Assembly (NCBI GenBank): GCA_032718475.1
Contig: JAUCBJ010007171.1
Location: 37,170-101,169 of the forward strand
Reading direction: 5' to 3'
DNA: 64,000 nt
Origin: Nemertoderma westbladi
Lineage: Eukaryota > Animalia > Xenacoelomorpha
Position 1 is the stretch's first letter; each line of letters opens with the position of its first letter. Positions 1 to 12,436 of the stretch are shown one piece after another. The notes under the pieces are model-generated. The model made no database searches. It saw only the letters and a list, made by a program, of their open reading frames with translations, and was not told the origin of the DNA. A program made the translations under genes and the position numbers.

Positions 1-156
1 AGCTCTATGGAGCGAGTAAAAGGACAACTGTTTCAACAACCACAAGGACCTCAAGAGCAGGGACAACTGCTTTATCAAGTTAGAGAAACAATTCTGCGAA
101 TCAGGCTAATCTTATCAGCCTTTGAGGAGGCTTCTAAATGAAGACAAGACACGTCG

Positions 157-3100
157 TTGCAAGTTGCCGTAAAGACTTGGTTTCAACGGGTGAGTCTCCA
201 GGTTCAAGGAACAGCTCAGTGGAAAGCTCAGCTGGAGGAGCGATCAACCCATGGAGAATCAACAGACGCCACTTTTTCCCAAGTGGAAAGTGAAGCAACG
301 GCAAAGAAACCGCATAAGAGGGATGCCATTGACATCTATCTGTCAGACTATCAACGTTTTTTAGGTGATGACGAGTTGAGGAGAAGGTTAGAGGGACTTA
401 GCCCTAATAGTGAAGGAACCAAGCTTGTGTTGGATGCCATCGATGTGGAAATGAGGGCTGCGAACCAGGCTAAATTTGATGAACAACTCCGCATCACACG
501 AGTCCAGGAGGAGCAAGTAAAGAAAAAACGTATAGAAGACAGAAAGAAAGCAGCAGTGGTAGCTGCAGAAGCAGAAAGAAAAGCGGCAGCGGCAGAGGCA
601 GAGGCAGCGGCAGAGGCAAAGGCGGCAGAGGCAGCGGCAGAGGCAAAGGCGGCAGCGGCAGCGGCAGAAGCAAAAGCGGCCGAAGCTGAAAGAAAGGCAG
701 CAGAGGCAGCGGCAGAGGCAAAGGCGGCAGAGGCAGCGGCAGAGGCAAAGGTGGCAGCGGCAGCGGCAGAAGCAAAAGCGGCCGAAGCTGAAAGAAAGGC
801 GGCAAAGGCAGTGGCAGAAGCAGAACGGAGAGCGACTGAAGAAATCACCCAATTAGAATTGGAAAACATTCAGGAGAATCAAGACTGCATAAATAAACAG
901 TTAACAGCTAGTAATATGCAGATGATGAATCGATCTACTCCCAAAAGGCAGGGATATACATCATCTGAGGAAGGCGATACCACCGATACTGAAGGCAAAG
1001 GAAATAGATCTCGTCTAAGTAGACGTAAAAGAACATTCCACCGTCAGAAATTGCCTGATTTGCCTCCAGCTGTTAGAAGGCAACTAAATAACACCAACTT
1101 AGGTAGTACAGAGCCCACAGACCAAATAATTAAAATAGAAAGACTCCCTACTATAGTAGATGAGCCTGAAATAATTAGGCCTGTTCTTGAGATCACCCCT
1201 TCGGTGATAGACACACCTGTGCTCCCTGAAACTACCTCTAAATTCCCTCTGCACAGCACTAAGCTACCTGTGCCCAGTAGAACAGCCCATGAGACAGTTC
1301 AGGTCCTGGACCCCGAGCAAAATATTCATGATTTGTCGCCCGTTGTCCCTCGTCCGCCCGCTACAACGTTGGCGACTCCCGCTTCTGCGGTCGAATGGGT
1401 GGACGAGAGACGGCGGGGGATGGATCTCCTGCTCGGGCAGATGCAGGAGACTGTTCAGCAATTCAAGGGCACAGTAAGGGAAAGTAGACTAGAGTTGCAA
1501 GAAGTGCAGCAAAATATCGCGCTAGAACGTGATAAATTAGTAAATTTACAAAAGGGTATACTACCACCCCTTGTAACAATGTGTCAACCTGTTAGGTCTG
1601 AAGTATCTCATGCGCAAGGTGTGGAGCCTACACGCATCTATACTGCTAGCGAAGTAGAAACTCCTATAGTCAACCCTATTAAGGGTAATTATAAACCTGT
1701 TGATAATGATATTCCCTATAGACCGGATCATAATCCGAGAAATTTATATACCGATAACTCGATATTAAATAACACGATGGCCCAGGAAAGTTTTACGCGT
1801 CAAATGGCTAGAACCGAAGCCCGGCAAGCGGTAAAGGTGGGAGAGATCGTCAAGTTCAATGGAGATGAGATGAAATGGTTACCTTTTAATGAATATTACA
1901 AAGATAACATACAGAACTCTGTGCTATCTAATGGAGAGAAACTTAGATTCCTCATCGAGTGCTTGGAAGGATCTCCCAAGTCAATGGCGTTAAAATTTAT
2001 TGGACATCCAGATGGATTAAGACAAGTTTGGGATACACTAAACATCAGGTATGGTAATAGGACTAACATAGCTAGGTATTTATATGCGAAATTAATGGCG
2101 CCCCGAAAGTTTCTTAGCAGCGGGATTATAGAGTTTTCCGATGAGATTCAGGAGATCTGTAGTCAACTAGATTGGTTAGGTAAGTCTCATGAATACCAGA
2201 ATTCTATGGTTGTAGGAGCCTTAGCATCTACTTTGCCCAAGGGTGGAGTAGGTACACGCTGGGACAAGAAGGTGTTATATATGATGGAACAACAACAACG
2301 AGACCCTACCATGGCTGATCTCATGTCATTCTTGGATAGCGAGGTGAAATTACAGCTCATAAAGCAGTCCAGAGAGAAGACAGCGGAAAGTAAGGTAAGT
2401 GAGAAACCCGTTTCTAGGAGAAGGGTAACACCACTATGTTATACCGACGACGGTGAAAGCCAAACTTCTCAAGGAGAGGACAGCGGGAAAGACACTGACA
2501 GATCTTATTATGTCAATAAAATGCCTAAAGATCAGGTAAGTAAATCCGAGTCTCGACCCAATGACAGAAGGGAACCGGTACAAAAAACCCTTCCTACGTC
2601 TCCTAAAAGAATTCAGGTGAGAAAGCCCGAGGAAAGAACAAGTGTGCACCACATAGCACAGGTTAAAGTAAGTAACATCAAGCCGAAATGTGTGCTGTGC
2701 GACGGGCCCCACTGTTTAAATGCGTGTGATAAATTCCTGAGGAAATCACTAAAGGATAGACGTGAAGTCATGTGGGATAAGCGGTTGTGTTATAATTGCC
2801 TCAGACGAGGACACCAACGGCGAACCTGTTACTCCGACGCAAGGTGTGCAAAGTGCGGCGCAAAACATCATATCTTGTTGCACACGGAATTCGAACGAAA
2901 CAGCCCGAGTCAGGTAAGTGAGTCCGAACTACATGTCCAATTCAGTGATGTGAACGACACTGATCAATCTGAGATGGAAGGATTCTATACGGACGAGTTC
3001 TCTGACGAAAACGAATCCTGTTACTTAATAAACACCACCGCAGTGTATCGAGCACTCATGTATGAGAAAGACACAGACAGCGACCTCACCCTAACTACTT

Positions 3101-3228
3101 CAGATCAACAACCATCTTGGAAAGCGCCAACTTCCAATGTAGGAATCCGAGAATTTTACTGTAGTCCAGTTACGGGTCCACGAACCTCAGAAGAGCTATA
3201 TAGTGAACGCCCTCCTGGACTCCGGTAG
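157..3228 (+). pseudogene. gag: BEL/Pao Gag (element A), N-terminally truncated by a stop at ~139 and frameshifted before the protease
   Basis: KFNGDEMKWLPF..KLRFLIECLEG capsid-like motif; CVLCDGPHCLNAC, CYNCLRRGHQRRTC and CAKCGAKHHILLH knuckles typical of BEL/Pao; colinear with B gag. Confidence 0.9.
553..832 (+). repeat. Ala-rich in-frame tandem repeat in Gag (AEAKAAEAA / AEAERKAA)
   Basis: GCAGAGGCAAAGGCGGCA-type repeats; a shorter version lies at 27450-27590 in element B. Confidence 0.9.
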
Positions 3229-3760
3229 CACAGGAACATTCATCGATAAAGAACTAGCCGAAGTCATCTTTGCTGGACAACCCAAGTTCCGAACCAAGCT
3301 AAACATGTCAGGGATCATGCAGGTTTGGAATTCTACTGTAGCTGCCGACTATTATATAGGTGAGTTGTCCACTCCACAGGATAAACTAGGAGAATACAGT
3401 ATAAGGTCAGTAAAAATGGTGGCAATAAAGAACTTCGCTACCACCCAAGTGGAACCTTATAATTGGGACGAAGATGATCATGCCCAACAACTTAACATCC
3501 CTAGATTCGACACCGATTATCCTGGAGTACAAATATTAATCGGTCAAAACGCGCATGAGGCGCTGGAGACATTAGAGAAACGACCTACTCAACCGCAACC
3601 AATTCAGACCTATGCGGTAAGAACTAGAGTAGGTTGGTACCTTACTGGACCTTCCCGTAGAACGCTCAGAGAAAGACTGCTTCAAGATCGCGTCTGCCAG
3701 GTGAGTGAATGGGAAGATGATACTAGTGAGGGAGACGACCCAACTGAGGGAACACCATAG
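3203..3760 (+). pseudogene. BEL aspartic protease (element A)
   Basis: NALLDSGSTGTFI active site, ILIGQN flap and RTRVGWY motif. Confidence 0.9.
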
Positions 3761-4974
3761 TCCTCAGATAATGACGATATTAGCTCCAATGTAGATCAAT
3801 GGAGATATTGCCCCAAGAAGTTTAATCCAACTGACATCGCTTCCAGAGGAGCAACTCCTCAAGAACTGACAGATACTACAGACCGGTTAGGTGAACCCGA
3901 CTTCCTGAGTAAGGAGGATGAATGGCCTCCCCATCCTACTCCGACTGAGATTAGACCAGCCAAGGGAGCGGAGAAAGTTAAACCTAAAACCCGGACGGGT
4001 GGAGCGGAGTTATTTGAACCCGGGATAGATCTGTCGGTATTACATATTGCCAGGGACGATGCCGTGGATCTGGACCTCCCCGCCGCGAGTGGATCCTTTA
4101 TGAAGATCAGAGAGAGCGATTGGAGCTCTGGAACATCAGACGTCTCGCAGGGACTCTCACCTCTCCTGCAGGGAGCGACGGACCACTATAGCTCCTGGAA
4201 TCGGCTTTGTAAGGCCGTCGTGTACTTAGAGCGATGTTTCTATCGTCACTATTCCAGGACGAAGAGGAAACCTGGAATTGTATTCGGGATGCAGCGACTC
4301 AATCACCCAGTCGGTCGTTTGTGTTTACCGGAAGGGAATGGAGGACTCTCCGGAAACTATGGAAGACAAGAAACTCTTCCCACGACCACTTCCCTAATCC
4401 AACCAACACCTAGGGACTCCCCAACTTAATATCATTCGGAGTGGGCGTGTGACTCTATTATTTTATATTATTTTATTATTTTTATATTTATGTATGTATT
4501 ACTATGTAATTTTATTATAATCGTTTTATTTAATTTAGTAGAATATTATTTAGCGATTATTTAGTAGAATAGTGCAATATATTCGTGTTTATTACGTACG
4601 TAATTACTTATATTATATTTAGTGCGACGGCGAAGAAATAATTATTTTTTCTCTTTCCTTACTGTCCGTATTATATTATAAATACGTAACTACAGTAAGA
4701 TGAAATGTCCGTACTTATTAAAGTACAATAAAGCCACTACTATATTAAAGTATTATTGGTAGGCAGAGTATTAGGAATGCAAAGTTCAGATCCTCGTGTC
4801 TCAGCTAAACCAAGCTCTGGGTAGACCTTGGAAACGACTTGCCTCTTCACACTGACATTGCTTCGTGCGATATTGCTCTCATACCGTATATTAAATAATA
4901 CATATAGTAGCGTGATGTCCATTTAACAGTAGCGTATAACGCAAAATAAATCTGTTAAACCCTTTGACCATCTG

Positions 4975-5256
4975 TAATTCTAGTCGATTAAGATATCGTG
5001 GCACCCACCGATATACTTGAAAGACAAATTCTAGAATCAGTGGTTAACGTCCCCAGACAAGTTCTGGAATAAATCGGTGCCCATCTCAAATATTAATTAT
5101 TTAATATTTGCAAATCTAATAAATCAAAATCTGTAAAATTCAGATCCTTCAACAATTCTAGTCAATTAAGATATCGTAGCATTTACCGATATCCTTAAAA
5201 GACAATTGTCATAGAATTAAGGATCTTGTGTCCCCAGACATGTTCTAGAATCAAAA
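4975..5256 (+). repeat. Two ~95-bp direct repeats (~178-bp period) with internal hairpins in the pol-accessory ORF spacer; mirrored in B at ~21040-21380
   Basis: TCTAGTCRATTAAGATATCGT.GCA...ACCGATAT.CTT.AAAGACAA...TCCCCAGACA.GTTCT.GAAT occurs twice. Confidence 0.75.
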
Positions 5257-6081
5257 TATGTCAATTTAATTATCAAATAATAAAATTTCAGGGAATAAAT
5301 TTAAATTCATGTCTCTTAATGAATTTAATAAATTGCCATTTTTACGCAATTTATACATTCCCAAAATTCCATTAATTAATAGATCAAGGGAGCGGAGATT
5401 TATCTTATTATGCGTATGAGTGTGCGAAAGTCTCCCAAACATAGTCAATAGCCGATAAAATTCATAAAGTCATGTATAAAACAGGACATTGACTATTAAA
5501 GAATACTATTAAATAACATCCCAGATCTGTATGCATTGGAATTACCCTAATTCTACCGCTAGCTTTACATAATGTCACCATAGCAACAACCACGCTAGAA
5601 TTAGAATTGAGTTAAAAGAACAATAGAAAGCTTGTCCCATTGAATAGCATAGGGAATAAATAGTGCACTGATAGTATCCAAGGATACATAATAATACAGT
5701 GACATTCTGGAAGGCATTGACTAACGGACAAGTGACCCGAGTGTGTGTAATTTGTGACAAGTTGTGTGTGTGGTATTTGTGAGTTTATAGGCGAATGTTA
5801 CTACTAAGGTGTGTTTACAGTAGCGAGTCGCAATTGTGAAAGTAACCCTAACTCTCCAGTAAGAACCTGAGGTGTATCTAAGCCTTTGGGACGGACAGTC
5901 GAGTGACTTGTACCGGTTGTCGTTGTCGTTGTGCGGCTACGTCGTTGGCGAAAGTACAGCGGCGACGACACATCGGTGCTGAGGATCTCGCACTGTCCGG
6001 GGGCGGATTGGGGTAGGCAGCGACGCTCGCTAGCCTAAATATAAACTCATTATAATATTAATAAACTCATATATAGCAGAT

Positions 6082-7460
6082 ATGACGGAGTTGATAGAAG
6101 ATGGTCTTGGTATCAGGGAGCGATATAATCTACTTTCAAGCGTTTGTTGATAGCTTGATACGCGGTGATACTAGTCCAACTACTACGAAGGATGATGGTT
6201 GTTATATCGAACCTACGATTTCCTGGAAGTAACTTACGCGTGAATTGGACTATGGAAAATTCACCGCTCGCTACACGCATTGTAATGGTATGTATATGGA
6301 CTTCTTAACCATTGGCCATTCTATCGATTTACACGATACGGACTATGTCGAACATATCCTACCCAGAGGAGTCGAAACGATAAACCAAAATTCTAATGCG
6401 AAAATCCTATTCGAAATCGACTCGAAAGAAAAGACATTAAAGAAACAAATAAACGCGGTAACTCCAACATATATTTGGAATTCTTGATAGAAGCATTGTA
6501 ACAACAAATAAATATCATCCGCGTTTCCCCTACAAGACGTGCGTCTTTGGTATTATTACGATAAATGCCCTAGACCAACCAACAAACGGAAAGACATGAA
6601 CACCAGTGGAGACATTGCTTTGAACGCGGTTTGCTCGCTGTGTTTGCGGGAGTTTCGGGAGAAACTTGTTCGATGTGTTACCCACGCTCTCTCGACGCAG
6701 GCGATCCTTGAGTAGACCTATGATCTGAGTTCCGGAATACTCGGTCAAACCTCCTCATTCCTTAGTTGGACCTCAGACCTGCGATCCTGGTGGTGTCGCG
6801 GATCCTCGCGGACTGTATTCACTGTTCAAAGATCTAGTGCTACCCTAACAATTAATCGGTAACACTCCGACAGTGATTTCTAGCTAGCTGCCCATCTTAC
6901 CTAGCCGGATTGTGACGCGGACACCTAATATCACTATCCAACCGTATGGTCGTTCCCGTTTAACGCGATACAACCCTTCATCAAGGTGAAGGAGAGCGTT
7001 GTACGAAACGAGTTAAACGCTATTCTATAAAGATCAAAAAAGAAACCTGCGTTTGTTCAGATAAACGTAAGTTATAACAGTAAGTCCAATCGATAAACGA
7101 ATTGGCCTTATCTCAGTTCGATTGGGAAATCTCGAATCTCTAAGAAGATATCAAGCTTAGAAAACCCTATTCTCTGCGAGAGTTTTGGATGAACGTATCC
7201 AGCTACGAGTGGAGGAAAATCAGCTCGAGGAGAAGCATATCGAAACGGCGGATACCCCGACCATAATCCTACACCTTCTGATGCAATCATATTGCACCCT
7301 TCACCCAGGATTTATAGCCCTCCTAGTAAAGTGGCTCGCCCCAAAGAGAAAAGGACTCTTGCTAGCCTCAAAAACTGCGTAAACGCCGTCTGCGTAAGAA
7401 AGACTAACTGTTTAGAGTATCTTTATATTTTAGAAACTGTGATTTGTTATATTTTATAGA
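6082..7460 (+). pseudogene. Accessory ORF of unknown function (element A), degenerate
   Basis: Starts MTELIEDGLGIRERY; fragments match B 20212-18003; many stops and deletions. Confidence 0.85.
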
Positions 7461-7485
7461 CTTAAATCCTATTTTCTGGGAGCGG

Positions 7486-8711
7486 TGTAAAAGCTTTTGC
7501 GTAATTAGCCGGTTATTATCCCCGTAAAGTACTCTGTGGTTGGTTTACCAGGCATAAAAAGGCCGTGTCCTTGCTGTACTGGTGTTTTGGAGGACATAAA
7601 AGCCATTTCTTCTGTATTTGTACTTTAGAGGACATAATCTGCAATTTCGTGACGTAAAAAGCTCGATACTCTTGAAAACAGTGTCGCTACCATGACGACG
7701 GCTAACGGCTGATATTGCCACGTTGCCCCATAGCCCTGCTTTCTGTATCTGCCAATAGGATTTGAGTTGGTTTTGATTTTGACCTATCACAGATCTACTG
7801 AACTGAATTTCCTATCTGTATGCTCATTCTCTGTGGTGGGTGAGATCTTTGTAGAATAAGGGTAGCTGGTATTCTTATAGTTATTCTTATCAGTTTTTAG
7901 TGTTGTTGGTGATTCTAAGCCAGGAAGAACGGCTTTAGCCTTACACTAGTAGGCTTAATTATAAGGACATATATCCGTTATCTGCATTTATCACAACATA
8001 ACATACCATACCTAATCAAACAACCTGTGCATACTTTATATTGTTATACTGCTATTTGCTGTCAGTTCTTCATAATATGGTTGATGAATTATTATATTTG
8101 GAATAACGATAAATAACCCCGAAACCCAATATTCTTGATATACCGAAGGTAAGAGAGAAGGGTTACATATAACAATTGTGACTTATGTTAAAGTGGTTTG
8201 AAGTGAATCTAATGTTATTTGATAGACCCTACATGATTCGGTCCGTGTTCCTTTTATATGTGACTAAAATCAGTGAAGATCGGCAGATCAGTGTGCAGTA
8301 TTGTGCAGCATTGTGTATGAGTGAGACTGATAACGAAGCATTTCCTAAAGAATGCGCCATATATGTGAATTATAACTAAGCCATATCGTTGTGAGTAGTT
8401 TAAGTCATAACTCTGTTTGTATAGATAGAGCGCCACGTCCTAAAGGAACTGTTAATATTCCCCGAAGGTGAATAATATTGTCAGAGATTATATAATACTG
8501 TCAGTCGAATAATACATTAGGCTTACATAGCAATAAAATTAAGCCGTCGAACCCAATCTCCCGGGTATATCCAGCGGGTGAATGATCGCGCACAGATTGG
8601 TTTCGACTAGTGTAGTGAATTAAATACTTGTCATAGGCTAAAGGTGATTTATTATCTAGAAGACATCCTAATTTGGCGGGTTAAACTGCCAAAGGTCTGA
8701 AAGCGCGAACA
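7486..8711 (+). repeat. 3' LTR of element A (~1.23 kb, TGT...ACA)
   Basis: Preceded by GGGAGCGG PPT; starts TGTAAAAGCTTTTGC and ends AAAGGTCTGAAAGCGCGAACA, matching the ends of both B LTRs. Confidence 0.88.
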
Positions 8712-9891
8712 GATACCATTCATACCAGAAAACCGAACTGACTAGAAAATCATGTGTGATGTGTTCTAGATCTTGCATCCGCGCTTCTAGCCACACTGGT
8801 ATGCCACTTCACTACAGTATCTCTGTAGGTAGGACCTAAAATGTGGCTCTCTTGCTGTCTTAATATTAAATACCGCAACATCTGCACTTTAACTGTTTAA
8901 CATTTAGCAGATGACAAGATCCAACACTAACAATACTTGAATACTGGAATACACTAATACCAGAATACACCATTAATGTGCCTCTACTGGCTGACCTGTA
9001 AAACTATTGAAATGCATGCTGATTGGTTACTGTTCCTTGCCGGGCAACAATGGTTTCTGTGTAGTATTAGACACTTTCAACTTATTTTTTAGCAGCAAAT
9101 TAGGTTAAATTTAATGCTATTTAATGCCAATCATTTTTTCACTGTTTTCTGGACAGTTTATAGTTGTCCCTATGTTTTACGTAGATTACTTAATGGTGTG
9201 CTATGCGAGGAGTACATTTAAGATTACCAATTCAGTGTAATACATGTATTAAATTTCCTGTTGATCAATATTTTTACTTTTTCCGGGTGCATTACAGTGT
9301 TTTTCATTTGTTTTTCTAGTGCTTTACTGTTTTACTAGTGTTTTCCTAATTTAGAATTATCCTTCTTCCTAGACCTAGGCCTACTGTTGTTTATACTTAT
9401 TGGGAATTTGATCCAAAGGTAAATTCACAGCCAGCTAGCTGGGTTTCTAGTATTGAAATATAGTTGAAATCAAATCAGGGGACTTGGTTTTCACTCAGGA
9501 AGAACTCCAAACCACAGTAAATCGATTTCAACTATAGAGACTACGAAGTAGGTTTGCTGTATTTTAAGGGTGAAATTTGGCAAATTTTGCAAAATTTTAA
9601 AGGCCATGAGGCTGAGGAAGATTTATATGAAAATCACAATTTCACATTTTGTGTTTGTTTCCAACCTATTTGACATTAAATATTTGCATCTTCCTTCACT
9701 TTTATCTAAAATACAAAATATCTTGGATTTTCAAAACTGGCATTGCCTTCTCAAAAATTTGAAATTTTCAAGTGTCGTGAGGCCCGCTTAGAATTTTTCG
9801 AAATCAAAAATTTTTTTTTGCAAAGTTAGTTTAGACCGATTTGGCATCAGAAAAATAGTGCTTCCCTTAAAAATAAAGAAAAAAAAATTTT

Positions 9892-10663
9892 TCACTCCAC
9901 CCTAGTGGTGGGGCCTGTGGAGGATGCCACGGCAGGGGAAGCCGGCGACCCGCCTCTAAGGATTGGGCTGCTGAGAATCCTTAGGGTAAAGCAGGACTTG
10001 CGGGACAGGAGTGGCTGCTGGAGTCCCTCCAGCACCCAGATGTCGATTGTACAGGCGGTGTGGAGGTCGTGGCACTGGATCATAGCGGTGAACCGTCCCT
10101 TGAATTCCCATCCAGTCCGGCTGCCGTTGGCAAGTTTCGAGGCTTGTGGATTGGGGAAGGGTTTGTGGAGGATTCCGATCTGGCCACCAAACGCGATGAA
10201 TATCCGGAACGGAGTAGCCGAGATGTTGGCCCCAGAGTCCAGAAGAAACTGGAGTTCTTGTAGACTTGGAAGCCCAGGGTGACGGTCTCTAGTAACTCGA
10301 GTTGTTCGGTTGATGAAACAGCCGAGGCATTCTCGAGTTCGGTTCCAGGTAGGACCGACAACACTTCGGCATTGTTGGTTGCGGTGTGGTCCTCCATGTA
10401 GCATGGTGCCGGGGGTGCGGCCGCTGCGTGGGCCTGTGGGGGGCGGGGTCCGGGACACATCCTGTCGTAGTGTCCGACCAGTTTACAGTGGCAGCACCGC
10501 ACGTCCGTACCAGGGCAACGTTGGCCCGGTCCGTGTGGAGGATAGCTGCATTTGGTGCAGGTTGGGCCCGCTGGGATAGCGTTGGAGCGAGGGCTCCGGT
10601 TCCCTTTCCATCGTTTATCCGACCTTGCCTCTGCCTTAGCTGCCGTAGGTGCCGGTGTGGAGG
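9892..10663 (-). pseudogene. Gypsy/Ty3-like gag zinc knuckle plus protease fragment
   Basis: CHCKLVGHYDRMC knuckle (10502 ORF), then FLLDSGANIS...PLLSRKSC (10458 ORF); GC-rich, frameshifted and unrelated to the BEL copies. Confidence 0.7.
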
Positions 10664-11112
10664 AGCTGCATTTTTAAGAATGCTGTGCCGGCTTGTCGAC
10701 AAAATTGTGCCCCTCCCTACCGCACAACTCCCTATCACCCATGACATTTGCTAGATCATCCACATCTCCAAGGCCAGTGTCCTTTAAGATGCGTCTCAAG
10801 AAAGTCATGGGCTGTCCAGTCCACCATGCTTATTCACTCCATGAGGCAGCCAAAGTACAAGATTATGCACTGGCTGGTCCTCACGGCGAAAGCAATGTCC
10901 TGCAAAGCAGAGGCGATTTTGTTCTAGTGTCAAGCTTGGGGGAACCAATAAGAAACCTCCAATGTTGTAGGTCCAGGTAACAGAAGTCGTCCACATGCTC
11001 AAGCATACCATAATTTGAGCTTATGCTCATCCGATCAGAGACTTGCTGATGACTTTCAAAGTTAACTGTCAAATTTTGGCCATCTTGGAGTTAATAAAAA
11101 GACCAACACTGG
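10664..11112 (-). mobile_element. RTE-clade LINE fragment, rearranged second copy
   Basis: Repeats the 3' end of the 11113-12436 copy (QNRL.FAGHCFRREDQP) and carries the VGLFINSK..LEHVDDFCYL segment. Confidence 0.8.
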
Positions 11113-12436
11113 ACTACTAGGATCGGCATGCTGCATTGCAGCTGCATTTTTAAGAATGCTGTGCCGGCTTGTCAACAAAATTGCACCGCCACAACTCCCT
11201 ATCACCCATGACATTTGCTAGATCATCCGCATCTTCAAAGCCAGTGTCCTTTAAGATGCGTCTCAAGAAAGTCATGGGCTGTCCACCATGCTTATTCACT
11301 CCATGAGGCTGCCAAAGTAGAAGATTATGCACTGGCTGGTCCTCACGGCGAAAGCAATGTCCTGCAAAGCGGAGGCGATTTTGTTCTAGTGTCAAGCTTG
11401 TGGGAACCAATGAGACACCTCCAATGTTATATAGTGTCTGGTTGGAGATGTGTGCATTGTACTTGACACAATGAACCCGGCGTAGCATTCTTGTGAATGT
11501 GCCATCCAGAGATTTGGTGTCCTCAGCAGTTAGAGCCCAGCATGGACTCCCGTAGAGGAGTACTGGAACTACTGCTGCTCTAAATAATCGGACCTTAAGT
11601 TTCCGATTAATTTTCAGTGACTTCCAAATCCTGGAAAACCTCACTGGAAGCAGCATGTTCTAATGAGCTGAGGAGCCGTTGGGCTCCCTCTAGTGATTCT
11701 GAGAGTGCTGCTAAGTCATCAGCAAAGTCTAGATCAGTTAGGTACTTGGTAGGATTTCCTCGACTTCTGGAGCCAGTAGGCAGAGTTATCATCACACCAT
11801 CTTCATTATGATGATCTAAGGACATGCATAGAACATAGTCAACCACAATTATGAACAAGAATGGTGCAAGTGTGTCTCCGTGGAGGACGTCCCATAACAC
11901 TTCAAATGGTTAGGTGTCACCGTCAACAGTAGACACAAATGTTGTCGAACCATGAACCATCGTATACTGATCTGATTGCTGCAATAATTTCATCAGGAAT
12001 CCCATATAATGAAAGTATGCTGAACATACTTGAGCGAGAGACTGAATCAAAGGCGTTGAAGAAGTCAACAAAGATAACAGCCAGTTGCCTGTCTTTCTTT
12101 TTTGATAACTCTTCAATTATCCTTCTAAGTGCCAAAATGGGCTCCCTGGTCCCACGACATTTACGGAACCCATTCTGATTTCCACGGAGCAGTCTCTCAA
12201 TGGGATCCCTGATGTGATTTAATAGAATTCTATTGTATAGCTTTGCAGCAATCGAGATCAATGAGATTCCCCGAAAAGAACCATATAGTGTTAGGTTGCC
12301 CTTCTTGGGAACTGGCACCAACTTATTTGTTTTCATTTCTTGTGGGACTCTTGTTGTTCGGTACATGTCCACTATGATTGTATAGATGAGCTTTAAACAC
12401 TCAGGTATTTTAAAGACCTCATGGGGAACACCATCT
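11113..12436 (-). mobile_element. 5'-truncated, frameshifted RTE-clade LINE (reverse transcriptase)
   Basis: VPVPKKGNL..FRGISLIS, QNGFRKCRG, FVDF.NAFDS, GDTLAPFLF, LDFADD and RLRFAGHC motifs; (TAG)n tail. Confidence 0.88.

Larger units (their letters stand above)
1..8711 (+). mobile_element. BEL/Pao LTR retrotransposon, element A (5' end outside window; RT and most of RNase H/integrase deleted)
   Basis: Gag with the BEL triple Cys/His array, LLDSGS protease, RNase H remnant (WRYCP..NPTDIASRG, ~3790-3860), integrase C-terminal remnant, accessory ORF remnant, PPT GGGAGCGG, then a TGT...ACA LTR. Close inverted homolog of element B. Confidence 0.93.

Noticed and set aside
351-869. Cys-, Pro- and Ala-rich antisense ORFs (also 27394-27795)
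   Set aside because: They are reverse-strand shadows of the Gag Ala repeat.
3160-3230. Programmed gag-pol frameshift in A
   Set aside because: B reads through the same junction in one frame, so these are decay indels.
7545-9791. Short ORFs in LTRs, leaders and AT-rich spacers
   Set aside because: No recognisable motifs and no conservation between the homologous A/B LTR copies.
9568-9866. Second TTAA-flanked Kolobok-like MITE
   Set aside because: Only TTAA-GGG/CCC-TTAA match, with no real TIR; possibly a one-ended fragment.
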